From an uncultured Candidatus Rokubacteria bacterium (lineage in GTDB: Bacteria > Methylomirabilota > Methylomirabilia > Rokubacteriales > DASRDR01): a stretch of DNA of 64,000 nucleotides. The stretch is from the NCBI GenBank assembly GCA_963826115.1, contig CAWGVS010000010.1:384001-448000 (forward strand), read 5' to 3'. Position numbers and translations under genes: made by a program. The stretch's first letter is position 1. Every line of letters starts with the position of its first letter. This document shows, piece after piece, positions 1 to 7,972 of the stretch. The notes beneath the pieces were generated by a model. The model was not told where the DNA came from. It did no database searches and was given only the letters and a program-made list of their open reading frames with translations.

Positions 1-10
1 CAGCCTCGGC

Positions 11-793
11 GTGGACAAGGCCGTGGCGCTGGCGCTCCGCGAGGCCCTCGGACGCAAGGACGTGGCGGAGCTGACACGCCTGGTCGGCGAGCTGTCGGTG
101 CCGTCGGCGACGGCCGACCTCCTGCTGGCGCTGCCCGGCCTCCAGGGTGGCGCGGACGTGATCCGCCGGGCGGCGGCGCTGGTCCAGAACGCGCGCTCCG
201 AGCGGGCGGTCAGCGGACTCGGCGAGGTCTACCGTCTCCTGACCGCCTACGGGCTCGTGGACAACGTCCTGCTGGACCTCGGCGAGGTCCGCGGGTTCGA
301 CTACTACTCGGGCGTGAACTTCGAGGGCTACGTCGACGGGTTCGGCGCGGAGATCGTGGGCGGCGGCCGGTACGATCAGATGCTCGCGCGCTTCGGCACG
401 CCGTGCCCGGCCACGGGGTTCGCGTTCGACGTGAACCGGCTCGGGCTCGCGCTCGCCGGGCAGGGGCTCGAGCCGCGCGCGGCCGGCCCCGAGTTCTTCG
501 TCATCGACTTCACCGAGGACAAGGCGACCGCGCTCGCGCTCTGCCGCCGCCTGCGGGAACTCGGGCTGGCGGTTGCCCGCGACATCATGAGCCGGCCCCT
601 CGAGGAGTCGCTCGCCTACGCGCGGGACATCCGCGCGGCGCGCGCGGTGGTCATCGACCCCGTGGGGCTCGCCCGGGGCGAGGTGCGGGTCATCGACCCG
701 GCGAGCGGGCACGAGGCGGCCTGCCCGCTCGCCACGCTGATGACCGCGCCGAGCCGCGTCCTCGAGCCCGCGCCGGGAGGCGCCCTTGCCTAA
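11..793 (+). CDS. hisZ: ATP phosphoribosyltransferase regulatory subunit (HisRS-like), 5' end lies outside the window
   Basis: DLGEVRGFDYYSGVNFEGY and GGGRYD motifs of the HisRS/HisZ family; overlaps the purA start, a common hisZ-purA arrangement. Confidence 0.85.
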   Translation: MDKAVALALREALGRKDVAELTRLVGELSVPSATADLLLALPGLQGGADVIRRAAALVQNARSERAVSGLGEVYRLLTAYGLVDNVLLDLGEVRGFDYYSGVNFEGYVDGFGAEIVGGGRYDQMLARFGTPCPATGFAFDVNRLGLALAGQGLEPRAAGPEFFVIDFTEDKATALALCRRLRELGLAVARDIMSRPLEESLAYARDIRAARAVVIDPVGLARGEVRVIDPASGHEAACPLATLMTAPSRVLEPAPGGALA

Positions 794-2096
794 CATCGTC
801 ATCGTGGGTGCCCAGTGGGGCGACGAGGGCAAGGGAAAGGTCGTTGACCTGATCGCGCCGTGCTTCGACGTGGTCGCCCGGTATTCGGGCGGCCCCAACG
901 CGGGCCACACCATCGTGGTCGGCGGCCGGCGCTTCGTCCTCCAGCTCGTGCCCTCGGGCGTGCTCCGGCCCGGCAAGAAGAGCGTGATCGGGGGCGGGAC
1001 CGTCGTCGACCCGATCGGGCTCGTGCAGGAGCTCGACGGCCTCGCGGCCGCGGGGATCAGGGTGGACGACCTCTACGTCTCCCACGCCGCCCACGTGATC
1101 CTGCCGTATCACCGGGCGCTCGACCAGGCGATGGACCAGGAGCGGATCGGCACGACGGGCAAGGGTGTCGGCCCGGCCTACGCCGACAAGGCGGCCCGAC
1201 TCGGCATCCGCGTCGGCGACCTCCTCGACGAGGCGCACTTCCGGGAGAAGCTCGAGATCACGCTCCCGATCAAGAACCAGCTCCTGCGGAACTTCGGCCG
1301 GGACTCCTTCGAGGTCGAGGACCTCGTGAAGGGCCTGCGGGGCGCGGTCGAGCGGCTCCGGCCGCACGTCACGGACACGGCCCTCCTGCTCCACCGGTGG
1401 ATGCGCGACGGCGCCGCCGTGCTCTTCGAGGGCGCGCAGGGGACGCTCCTCGACATGGACCACGGCACCTATCCGTACATCACGGCCTCGAGCGCCTCGG
1501 CCGGCGGCGCGGCGCCCGGCACCGGCGTGCCGCCGACCCGGATCGACGGCGTCCTCGGCATCACGAAGGCCTACGCGACGCGGGTCGGGGGCGGGCCGTT
1601 CCCCACCGAGGTCACCGGTGACCTGGGCGAGCTGATCCGGGCTCGGGGGAAGGAGTACGGAGCGGTCACGGGCCGGCCCCGGCGCTGCGGGTGGTTCGAC
1701 GCGCCGCTCCTCCGCCACGCGGTGCGGATCAACGGTCTCGACACGCTCGCGGTGACCAAGCTCGACGTGCTCGATCCCTGCCACTCCGTCCTGGTCGGCG
1801 TCGGCTACCGGTACAAGGGGACGCCGCTCACCGAGTGGCCCGGCGAGGAGCGCGTCGTCGCGAAGCTCGAGCCGGTGTTCGAGGAGCGCCCGGGGTGGCT
1901 CGATGAGACCGCGGGGCTCCGCGACTGGGCGGACCTCCCGGTGCGCGCTCGCGACTACCTCCGGTGGCTCGCGGACCTCATAGAGTGCGAGATCTCGCTG
2001 GTCTCGACCGGGCCGGCCCGCGACGAGACCGTCCTCGTCGAGCCGTCGCGCCTGACCCGCTGGTTCCCCGACTTCCGCCAGCGCTGCCTGGCGTGA
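786..2096 (+). CDS. purA: adenylosuccinate synthetase
   Basis: GAQWGDEGKGK, GPNAGHT, IGTTGKGVGPAY, EGAQG, TGRPRRCGW and TKLDVL motifs; TTG start. Confidence 0.98.
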   Translation: MPNIVIVGAQWGDEGKGKVVDLIAPCFDVVARYSGGPNAGHTIVVGGRRFVLQLVPSGVLRPGKKSVIGGGTVVDPIGLVQELDGLAAAGIRVDDLYVSHAAHVILPYHRALDQAMDQERIGTTGKGVGPAYADKAARLGIRVGDLLDEAHFREKLEITLPIKNQLLRNFGRDSFEVEDLVKGLRGAVERLRPHVTDTALLLHRWMRDGAAVLFEGAQGTLLDMDHGTYPYITASSASAGGAAPGTGVPPTRIDGVLGITKAYATRVGGGPFPTEVTGDLGELIRARGKEYGAVTGRPRRCGWFDAPLLRHAVRINGLDTLAVTKLDVLDPCHSVLVGVGYRYKGTPLTEWPGEERVVAKLEPVFEERPGWLDETAGLRDWADLPVRARDYLRWLADLIECEISLVSTGPARDETVLVEPSRLTRWFPDFRQRCLA

Positions 2097-2100
2097 GCCA

Positions 2101-2230
2101 CGGCCGCTACCGGCCGCCACGGGTCGCCACGGGCCGCCACCGGCCGAAGGCCGTCGGATCAAGGCCGTCGGGTCAAGCCCGTCGGGTCAAGCCCGTCGGA
2201 TCACGGCCGTCCAATCAGGGCCGTCCGATC
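2101..2230. repeat. compound short tandem repeat (10-bp units then 14-bp units)
   Basis: About 4.5 copies of (c/g)gg(c/t)cgc(c/t)ac at 2101-2146, then ccgtcggatcaagg / ccgtcgggtcaagc x2 / ccgtcggatcacgg / ccgtccaatcaggg / ccgtccgatc at 2151-2230, between convergent genes. Confidence 0.85.
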
Positions 2231-2266
2231 TGTCATCGCGCTGACCGGGTGGCCGGCTCGTCGGGG

Positions 2267-3217
2267 CTACTCGTAGCTGAACCCCATCGTCCGGCAGTGG
2301 TAGTACACGCCCCCGTCCTGGACGATCAGGAAGAGCGCGAGCTCGCTCCCCTCGTTGTGGTGGGAGTGGAAGGCCGCGGGCGGCGTGATCATCACCGCGT
2401 GGGGCTCCCAGTCCGCGCGCGCCCCGTCGATCAGGGAGTAGCAGCGCTCGCCGGACAGGACGAGCGTCACCGCGACGGCGTTGTGCCGGTGGCCGCGCTG
2501 CGCCTCGCCGGGCAGCAGCGAGTTGAGCGCGAGCGTGAACGAGGGCGTCGTCGTGCGGCTCTCCTCCATCGCGACGTTGCCGAGGTTGACGGACTTGCCG
2601 GCCATGGCCGCCCCCCGCGGGTCCAGGTAGACGGCGAGCAGCCGCCGGCGGATCTCCGCCATCGGGTAGAGGGCCGGCCGGATCGGCCCGGCGCCCGGGT
2701 CCGGCGGGCGGAGCCCCTCGAACCGCAGCTGGGGCTCGTTGGTGGTGACCCAGAGGACCGCGTCCTCCGTCGCCGCGTGGCGCGCCGCCCCGCCGCCGGG
2801 CAGGCAGAAGGTGTCGGCCGGCTCCCAGGCGAGCGTCCGCCCGTCGCCCGTGGTGGTGGTGCCCGACCCGCGGATGACGTGGTAGAGCTCCGTGCTCGCG
2901 TGGAAGGCGGTCACCAGCGCGTCGCCCGCCCGGATCCGCGCGTACTGCGACAGGATGAACGGCGTGGTCGCGGGATAGGGGAGGTCGATGGCCGCCGAGA
3001 GGTCGAGCGGCACCAGGCCCGTCGGCGCGGCGGGGTCGAGCGCCCGGTCGCGCTCCGCGCGGAACACGTGGGCGGGGACCGGCGGATGCTTGATGTTGAA
3101 GCCGTCGAGCGACGTCAGGTAGCGGGCGTTCTCGGTGTACGGCGAGGCCGCGCGGGGCGCGGTCCGGCCGGCGCCGAGGAGGGTCCGGAGCTCCAGCTCG
3201 TCGAGCGTCTTGGCCAT
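2267..3217 (-). CDS. bicupin, gentisate 1,2-dioxygenase-like
   Basis: HRHNAVAVTLVLSG...W....ITPP..FHSHHN metal-binding cupin motifs; second degenerate cupin domain at the N-terminus. Confidence 0.75.
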   Translation of the reverse strand: MAKTLDELELRTLLGAGRTAPRAASPYTENARYLTSLDGFNIKHPPVPAHVFRAERDRALDPAAPTGLVPLDLSAAIDLPYPATTPFILSQYARIRAGDALVTAFHASTELYHVIRGSGTTTTGDGRTLAWEPADTFCLPGGGAARHAATEDAVLWVTTNEPQLRFEGLRPPDPGAGPIRPALYPMAEIRRRLLAVYLDPRGAAMAGKSVNLGNVAMEESRTTTPSFTLALNSLLPGEAQRGHRHNAVAVTLVLSGERCYSLIDGARADWEPHAVMITPPAAFHSHHNEGSELALFLIVQDGGVYYHCRTMGFSYE

Positions 3218-3318
3218 GGGGGTCCTCCCGAAAGGGTGCGCGAGGGTCGATCGGGCCGGATGCTAGCGCGGCGGCTTTCCGAGCGTCAAGACGGCGCGGC
3301 CGCGGGTCGGAGGCGTCG

Positions 3319-3762
3319 GTGACGGCGACGGTGGTCGGCGGCGCCGCGGGGCCACGCCCGCTCGTCGTCCGGCTCCTCGTCCTGTGGCTCGCGCTGGCGC
3401 CGGCGCTCCAGGCCCTGAGCCTCGCCGGCCTCCGCATGGGGAACTTCGCGCCCGACCGGCCCTGGAACTACCTCGCGTACGGCCTGGCGGCGCCCTACGT
3501 CGCGTGGCTCGTGTGGCGGCGCCGCCCCCGCGCCCGCTTCGCCGCCTACGTGTTCCTCAGCCACGAGGCGGTCCGCGGCCTCCACTTCCACCGGCGGGAC
3601 GCGCTGGCGATCGCCGTCCTGTGGGTCCTGCTGCTCCAGCTCCCGGCCGCGCGCCGCTACATGCCCTCGCTCCGTCCCGCGGAGATGCGGGCGCGCTGGC
3701 GGCGCGCCCTGACCGGCCCGCGAGACGATCCGGCGTCGGGCGGGCGTCCCCGGGCGTCGTGA
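3319..3762 (+). CDS. hypothetical membrane protein
   Basis: Several hydrophobic segments, GC3-rich codons, GGAGG upstream of the GTG. Confidence 0.55.
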   Translation: MTATVVGGAAGPRPLVVRLLVLWLALAPALQALSLAGLRMGNFAPDRPWNYLAYGLAAPYVAWLVWRRRPRARFAAYVFLSHEAVRGLHFHRRDALAIAVLWVLLLQLPAARRYMPSLRPAEMRARWRRALTGPRDDPASGGRPRAS

Positions 3763-3781
3763 CGCGTCCTCCTCGCGCGCG

Positions 3782-4759
3782 ATGAGCTCCTTCCTGTCGC
3801 CGACCTCGCGGGTGGACCGGCCCCTCCACGGGATCGCCTTCATCGTCGTGGGCGCCTCCGTGTTTCCCGTGCAGGACGTGCTGATCAAGGGCCTGAGCGG
3901 CGCCTACCCGGTGCTCCAGATCGTGTTCGTGCGGAGCATCGTCGCGCTCTGCGTCTTCTCCGCGCTCCTCTGGCGCGAGCAAGACGGCACGACCTTCCCG
4001 CTCCAGCGGCCGTGGCTCCACGGTGTTCGTGGACTGCTGGGCCTCTGCTCGTTCACGACGTACTACATGGCCATCGCCGCCTTGCCGCTCGCCACCGTCG
4101 CGGCGGTGGCGTTCGCCGCGCCGCTGTTCGTGACCGCGCTGTCGGCGCTCGTGCTCGGTGAGCCGGTTGACCGGCGCAGCTGGCGCGCCGTCCTGGTGGG
4201 CTTTGCCGGCGTGCTCGTGGTCCTCCGGCCGGGGGCCGCGACGTTCGAGCCAGCGGCCCTCCTCGCGGTGCTCTCGGCCGTCTTCTACGCGACCTCGCAG
4301 ACCATCACCCGCCGCCTCGGCCGCACGGACTCCGGCGCCGTCATCGTGCTGAGCGCGACCCTCGTGTCCCTCGTGGCGTCGGGGCTGGGCGGGCTCCTGG
4401 CCGGCGGCGGCGGCCAGGGCGCGGGACTCCACCCGAGCCTCGCGTTCCTGGTCCGCGGCTGGACGCTCCCGCCGCTGGGATCGCTCGGGCGGATGGCGCT
4501 CTGCGGGCTCATCTCGAGCGTCGGCATCTACTGCCTGACCCAGGCCTATCGCATCGCGCCCGCGAGCACGGTCGCGCCCTTCGAGTACATCATGATTGGC
4601 TGGGCGGTCCTGTGGGGCTACGTGTTCTGGGGCGATATCCCCGGGCCGACGACCGTCATCGGCGTCGTCACCACGGTCGGTGCCGGCGTGTACGTGCTGG
4701 AGCACCAGGCACGCCTCCAGCGCGAGCGGCGCCGCGAAGGTCGCCCGCCCACCGGGTAG
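3782..4759 (+). CDS. DMT/EamA family transporter
   Basis: About 10 TM segments; PLFVTALSALVLGE and APASTVAPFEY motifs. Confidence 0.9.
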   Translation: MSSFLSPTSRVDRPLHGIAFIVVGASVFPVQDVLIKGLSGAYPVLQIVFVRSIVALCVFSALLWREQDGTTFPLQRPWLHGVRGLLGLCSFTTYYMAIAALPLATVAAVAFAAPLFVTALSALVLGEPVDRRSWRAVLVGFAGVLVVLRPGAATFEPAALLAVLSAVFYATSQTITRRLGRTDSGAVIVLSATLVSLVASGLGGLLAGGGGQGAGLHPSLAFLVRGWTLPPLGSLGRMALCGLISSVGIYCLTQAYRIAPASTVAPFEYIMIGWAVLWGYVFWGDIPGPTTVIGVVTTVGAGVYVLEHQARLQRERRREGRPPTG

Positions 4760-4783
4760 CCCGCGCCGGCCCGCGGCGCGCCG

Positions 4784-5206
4784 TCACTCGCCGGGCTTCC
4801 CCTCCTGCGCGCGGAGGAGAACCAGGTCGAAGCGCTCCTCGCGGCCGGTCGGCCGGAGCGTGATCTCGAAGGGCACGCTGCTACGCGCGAACCCGCCATG
4901 GACATCCGTCTGTCCCCTGCTCACGACACGCCCGCCACCGTCCACCCCGAACAGCGCCACCGTCGACCAGGGGATGACGCGGCTCGAGGATTCCATGACC
5001 CCCGCGGCCCGGACCGTGGTCGGCTCCCGTGCGAGCGCCCAGCGGAAGCTGAACCCCCACTGGTCGGTGCGGTTCGGAAGGTCGGCGGGAATCGCGAGCG
5101 GCGCGGGCGTCGCGCACGCGGCGGTCAGGAGCGCCAGCGCCATCCAGGAGCCCGCGCGGCCCAGACGGATCCTCTTCGACGCGGCGATCAGCAGGCTCAT
5201 GCCCAT
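4784..5206 (-). CDS. hypothetical lipoprotein
   Basis: Hydrophobic stretch ending in lipobox-like LTAAC; start uncertain. Confidence 0.55.
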   Translation of the reverse strand: MGMSLLIAASKRIRLGRAGSWMALALLTAACATPAPLAIPADLPNRTDQWGFSFRWALAREPTTVRAAGVMESSSRVIPWSTVALFGVDGGGRVVSRGQTDVHGGFARSSVPFEITLRPTGREERFDLVLLRAQEGKPGE

Positions 5207-5330
5207 AGAACGTCTCGGCTGCCGCGGAGGGTCCCGGGCCGGTCCGGGGGACTGACCTCGGCACGCCTGTCGGCCCCGTTGGGGCGCGCGCGGCGCCGGA
5301 CGCGCGACAACTATGCAGAATGACTGGCAC

Positions 5331-5369
5331 GAGGCGTTCGCTCAGCCAGGCACAGCTCCCGCCTCTCAA
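5331..5369 (+). pseudogene. degenerate copy of the 5' half of tRNA-Lys (att-like remnant)
   Basis: GAGGCGTTCGCTCAGCCAGGC-ACAGCTCCCGCCTCTCAA aligns with tRNA 6365-6404 at 33/40 positions and ends at the anticodon loop; upstream CTGGCAC vs CTGGCGC. Confidence 0.75.
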
Positions 5370-5538
5370 ACCCAGTGCGAGATCAAGACCCGCTGGGAAG
5401 AGGTGAACTTCTCAGCGGGTTTCGTCTTGGCCATTTGGTCCGGCTTGCCTGGATTGGGATAGAATCGGGCCAGTTCGAGCACGTTTCCGAGCGCGGTCCT
5501 GGCCCGCGCCTCTTGCTGGCTCCGGAAGGAGACGATCA

Positions 5539-6246
5539 ATGGCGAGCACACCCGGGGTGAACGTGGTTCTCGTTCATGGCGGTTTCGTCGATGGGGGCGG
5601 GTGGGAGCGCCTGTACAGGCTCCTCAGGAAAGACGGCTACCCCGTGAGTGTCGTCCAGAATCCCACCTTGTCACTTGCCGGCGATGTGGCGGCCACGAAG
5701 CTGGTCCTCGCCGCGCAGGACCGTCCCGTGGTCCTCGTCGGCCACTCCTACGGCGGCGTGGTGATCACCGAGGCCGGGACGGATCCCAAGGTGGCCGCGC
5801 TCTGCTACATCGCCGCGTTCGCGCCGGATCGGGGTGAGTCCGTCGCCTCGCTCATCAAGGATCCGCCGCCCGGTGCCCCCGTGCCGCCGATTCTGCCCCC
5901 GCAGAACGGCTATCTGCTCCTCGACAAGACGAAGTTCCACGCATCCTTCGCGGCGGACGTCGACGCGGACCGCGCGGCATTCCTGGCCGACTCGCAGGTC
6001 CCCTGGGGCTTGGAAGCGCTCGGTGGCACGATCAGCGAGCCCGCATGGAAGACCAAGCCGAGCTGGTACCTGGTCGCCAGCGAGGACCGGATGATCCCGC
6101 CGGCGGCGCAGCGTCTCATGGCGAAGCGTGCCGGAGCGACCGTCGTCGAGGCGCGAGGGAGTCATGCGATCTACGAGTCGCAGCCCAGCGCGGTGGCCGC
6201 GCTCATCGACAGTGCCGCGCGCGGGGTCAAGGGGATCGCACGCTAG
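5539..6246 (+). CDS. alpha/beta hydrolase
   Basis: VLVHGGF, GHSYGG nucleophile elbow, DRMIPP, GSH; AAGGAG RBS. Confidence 0.92.
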   Translation: MASTPGVNVVLVHGGFVDGGGWERLYRLLRKDGYPVSVVQNPTLSLAGDVAATKLVLAAQDRPVVLVGHSYGGVVITEAGTDPKVAALCYIAAFAPDRGESVASLIKDPPPGAPVPPILPPQNGYLLLDKTKFHASFAADVDADRAAFLADSQVPWGLEALGGTISEPAWKTKPSWYLVASEDRMIPPAAQRLMAKRAGATVVEARGSHAIYESQPSAVAALIDSAARGVKGIAR

Positions 6247-6326
6247 ATTGACGCGGACCTCCGGGCGGGCGACCCAGCGGCTGACCGGCATGGGCACGTT
6301 TGCGGACACGTCGGGGGTCGGGCGCG

Positions 6327-6355
6327 TTGACTCTCGACCCGCAAGTAGCGACAAT
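6327..6355 (+). promoter_or_regulatory. sigma70-type promoter of tRNA-Lys
   Basis: TTGACT-17 nt-GACAAT, 9 nt upstream of the tRNA. Confidence 0.6.
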
Positions 6356-6364
6356 CGCTGGCGC

Positions 6365-6442
6365 GAGGCGTTAGCTCAGTCAGGTTAGAGCTCCCGCCTT
6401 TTAAGCGGGGAGTCGGTGGTTCGAATCCACCACGCCTCACCA
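6365..6442 (+). tRNA. tRNA-Lys (anticodon UUU)
   Basis: Acceptor GAGGCGT/ACGCCTC plus ACCA, D stem GCTC/GAGC, anticodon stem CCCGC/GCGGG with loop CTTTTAA, T arm GGTGG-TTCGAAT-CCACC. Confidence 0.97.
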
Positions 6443-6483
6443 ATCGCCCGTCCCGCCGCGCTGGCCCGTCGAGGGAGAGGGAC

Positions 6484-6873
6484 ATGACCGATCGCGGAGC
6501 CTCGGACCCCGAGTCCGCCGCGACCCTCGCCGCGGCCCGCCGGTTCCTCGACGCGTTCGGTCGCCACGACGTCGACGGGCTCATGGCCGCGATGGTCGAG
6601 GACTGCGTCTTCGAGAACACGTTCCCGGCGCCCGACGGCGAGCGCCACGTCGGCCAGGCCGCCGTCCGAGGCTTCTGGGAGCGATTCTTCCGGGAGAACC
6701 CGTCCGCCGCGTTCGAGACGGAGGAGATCTTCGCCGGCGGCGCCCGCTGCATCGTCCGGTGGCGCTACCGCTGGCGGAACGTCGACGGCTCCGCGGGCCA
6801 CGTGCGGGGCGTCGACGTGCTGCGCGTGCGAGACGGGAAGGTCGCGGAGAAGCTCTCCTACGTCAAGGGCTAG
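6484..6873 (+). CDS. SnoaL-like / NTF2 family protein
   Basis: F..AF..HD.D.L N-terminus, RGVDVLRVRDGKVAEK C-terminus. Confidence 0.88.
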   Translation: MTDRGASDPESAATLAAARRFLDAFGRHDVDGLMAAMVEDCVFENTFPAPDGERHVGQAAVRGFWERFFRENPSAAFETEEIFAGGARCIVRWRYRWRNVDGSAGHVRGVDVLRVRDGKVAEKLSYVKG

Positions 6874-6958
6874 GGCCCCGTCCATGAGCCGTCGACGGCA
6901 TCGGGGACGACGTCCGCGTCGCCCCCGCCCGGGAGGGGGCGCCGGCAGGCGTAGCTAG

Positions 6959-7042
6959 TCAGTCCCGGTGAAGCTCGACCGTGTACCCGTTCGGGTCCCG
7001 GAAGTAGACGGGCCCGGTCGGCCGTTGCCTCGGTCGCGTCAC
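6959..7042 (-). pseudogene. C-terminal fragment of a VOC/glyoxalase family gene
   Basis: Minus strand reads (M)TRPRQRPTGPVYFRDPNGYTVELHRD*; YFRDPxGxxxEL is the VOC C-terminal motif, only 27 aa remain. Confidence 0.55.
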
Positions 7043-7860
7043 GGCGGGGCCGACCAGACGACGACGCCCAGCGCGTCGGCGAGGGCGAGGGCCGCCCCGC
7101 GGCCGGGGGCGAGGCTCATCGTTCCGCGCGGCCGCCCGTCCGCGCCGTTCAGGTTGAAGGCCGGCGTGCCGTCGCCCAGCACGGTGAGGGTGGCCCGGGA
7201 GCGCCCGTCGGCGTCGCGCAGGGACACGTCGGGCGTGCCGTCCGGCTGGGAGCGAAGCACCGCGCGCGCCGTCCCGCGCGCGTCCGCGAGCTCGAGCCCC
7301 GCGTCCTGTCCCCGGATCCCGAAGGTGGCGCGCACCACCCCCGCCGCGTCGTAGGCGACGAGGGCGGGTTGCGGCTCGCGGGCGCCCGCCGCGCGGCTCG
7401 CCGGGCTCCCGCTGCCGCTCCGACCGAGGAAGAGTGCCGCGGCCAGGCGGGGCTTCCCGGCCGGATCGAAGAGCGCGAAGCCCGGGGCGCCGTCGGGGCC
7501 CACCACGAGGGCGGCCCGCACCGTCGCGCCGTCGGTGTCGAGGAGCGTCAGGCCGGGCGCGCCGCCCGCGCCGACCGTCAGCACGGCGCGGGACCGTCCG
7601 CCGGCGTCGTGGAGCGTGAGGCGCGGCGTCTCATCGGCCTCCCACCCGAGAGTGGCACCCGTCCGCCCGCGCGCGTCGCGCAGGACGAACCGCTCGGCCT
7701 CGACGGCCGGCGCCTTGGCGGCCCGGGGCGGACTCTGGCCCAGCAGGAAGAGCGCCGCGATCGCGAGCCAGGAGCCGAGCGCCGCGCGCTTCCAGCGGCG
7801 GCTCTCGCGCTCCAGCCGGTCGAGGCGAGCCGTGATCCGGTCCTCCGTCATGAGCGCCAT
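7039..7860 (-). CDS. membrane-anchored protein with repeated LxLxDxxGxxRAxL units
   Basis: Short coiled coil, one TM segment, then about 8 beta-hairpin-like repeats. Confidence 0.7.
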   Translation of the reverse strand: MALMTEDRITARLDRLERESRRWKRAALGSWLAIAALFLLGQSPPRAAKAPAVEAERFVLRDARGRTGATLGWEADETPRLTLHDAGGRSRAVLTVGAGGAPGLTLLDTDGATVRAALVVGPDGAPGFALFDPAGKPRLAAALFLGRSGSGSPASRAAGAREPQPALVAYDAAGVVRATFGIRGQDAGLELADARGTARAVLRSQPDGTPDVSLRDADGRSRATLTVLGDGTPAFNLNGADGRPRGTMSLAPGRGAALALADALGVVVWSAPP

Positions 7861-7972
7861 CGCGACCTCCCAGGCCGCGCGCCGCCCGGAGACGTGAGGA
7901 TTCGCGCGCGGCGGCTACGACGCTACGTCACCCATCGCACACCGGTCAACGTGACGGCGCGGCGGGCCCGCC

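Noticed and set aside
11-2096. hisZ-purA overlap as a novelty
   Set aside because: Common conserved arrangement in many bacteria
2101-2230. CRISPR array
   Set aside because: Units are 10-14 bp and contiguous, with no unique spacers or cas genes
5200-7100. Intact prophage or integrative element at tRNA-Lys
   Set aside because: No integrase, transposase or phage genes in the window; only a scar-like repeat
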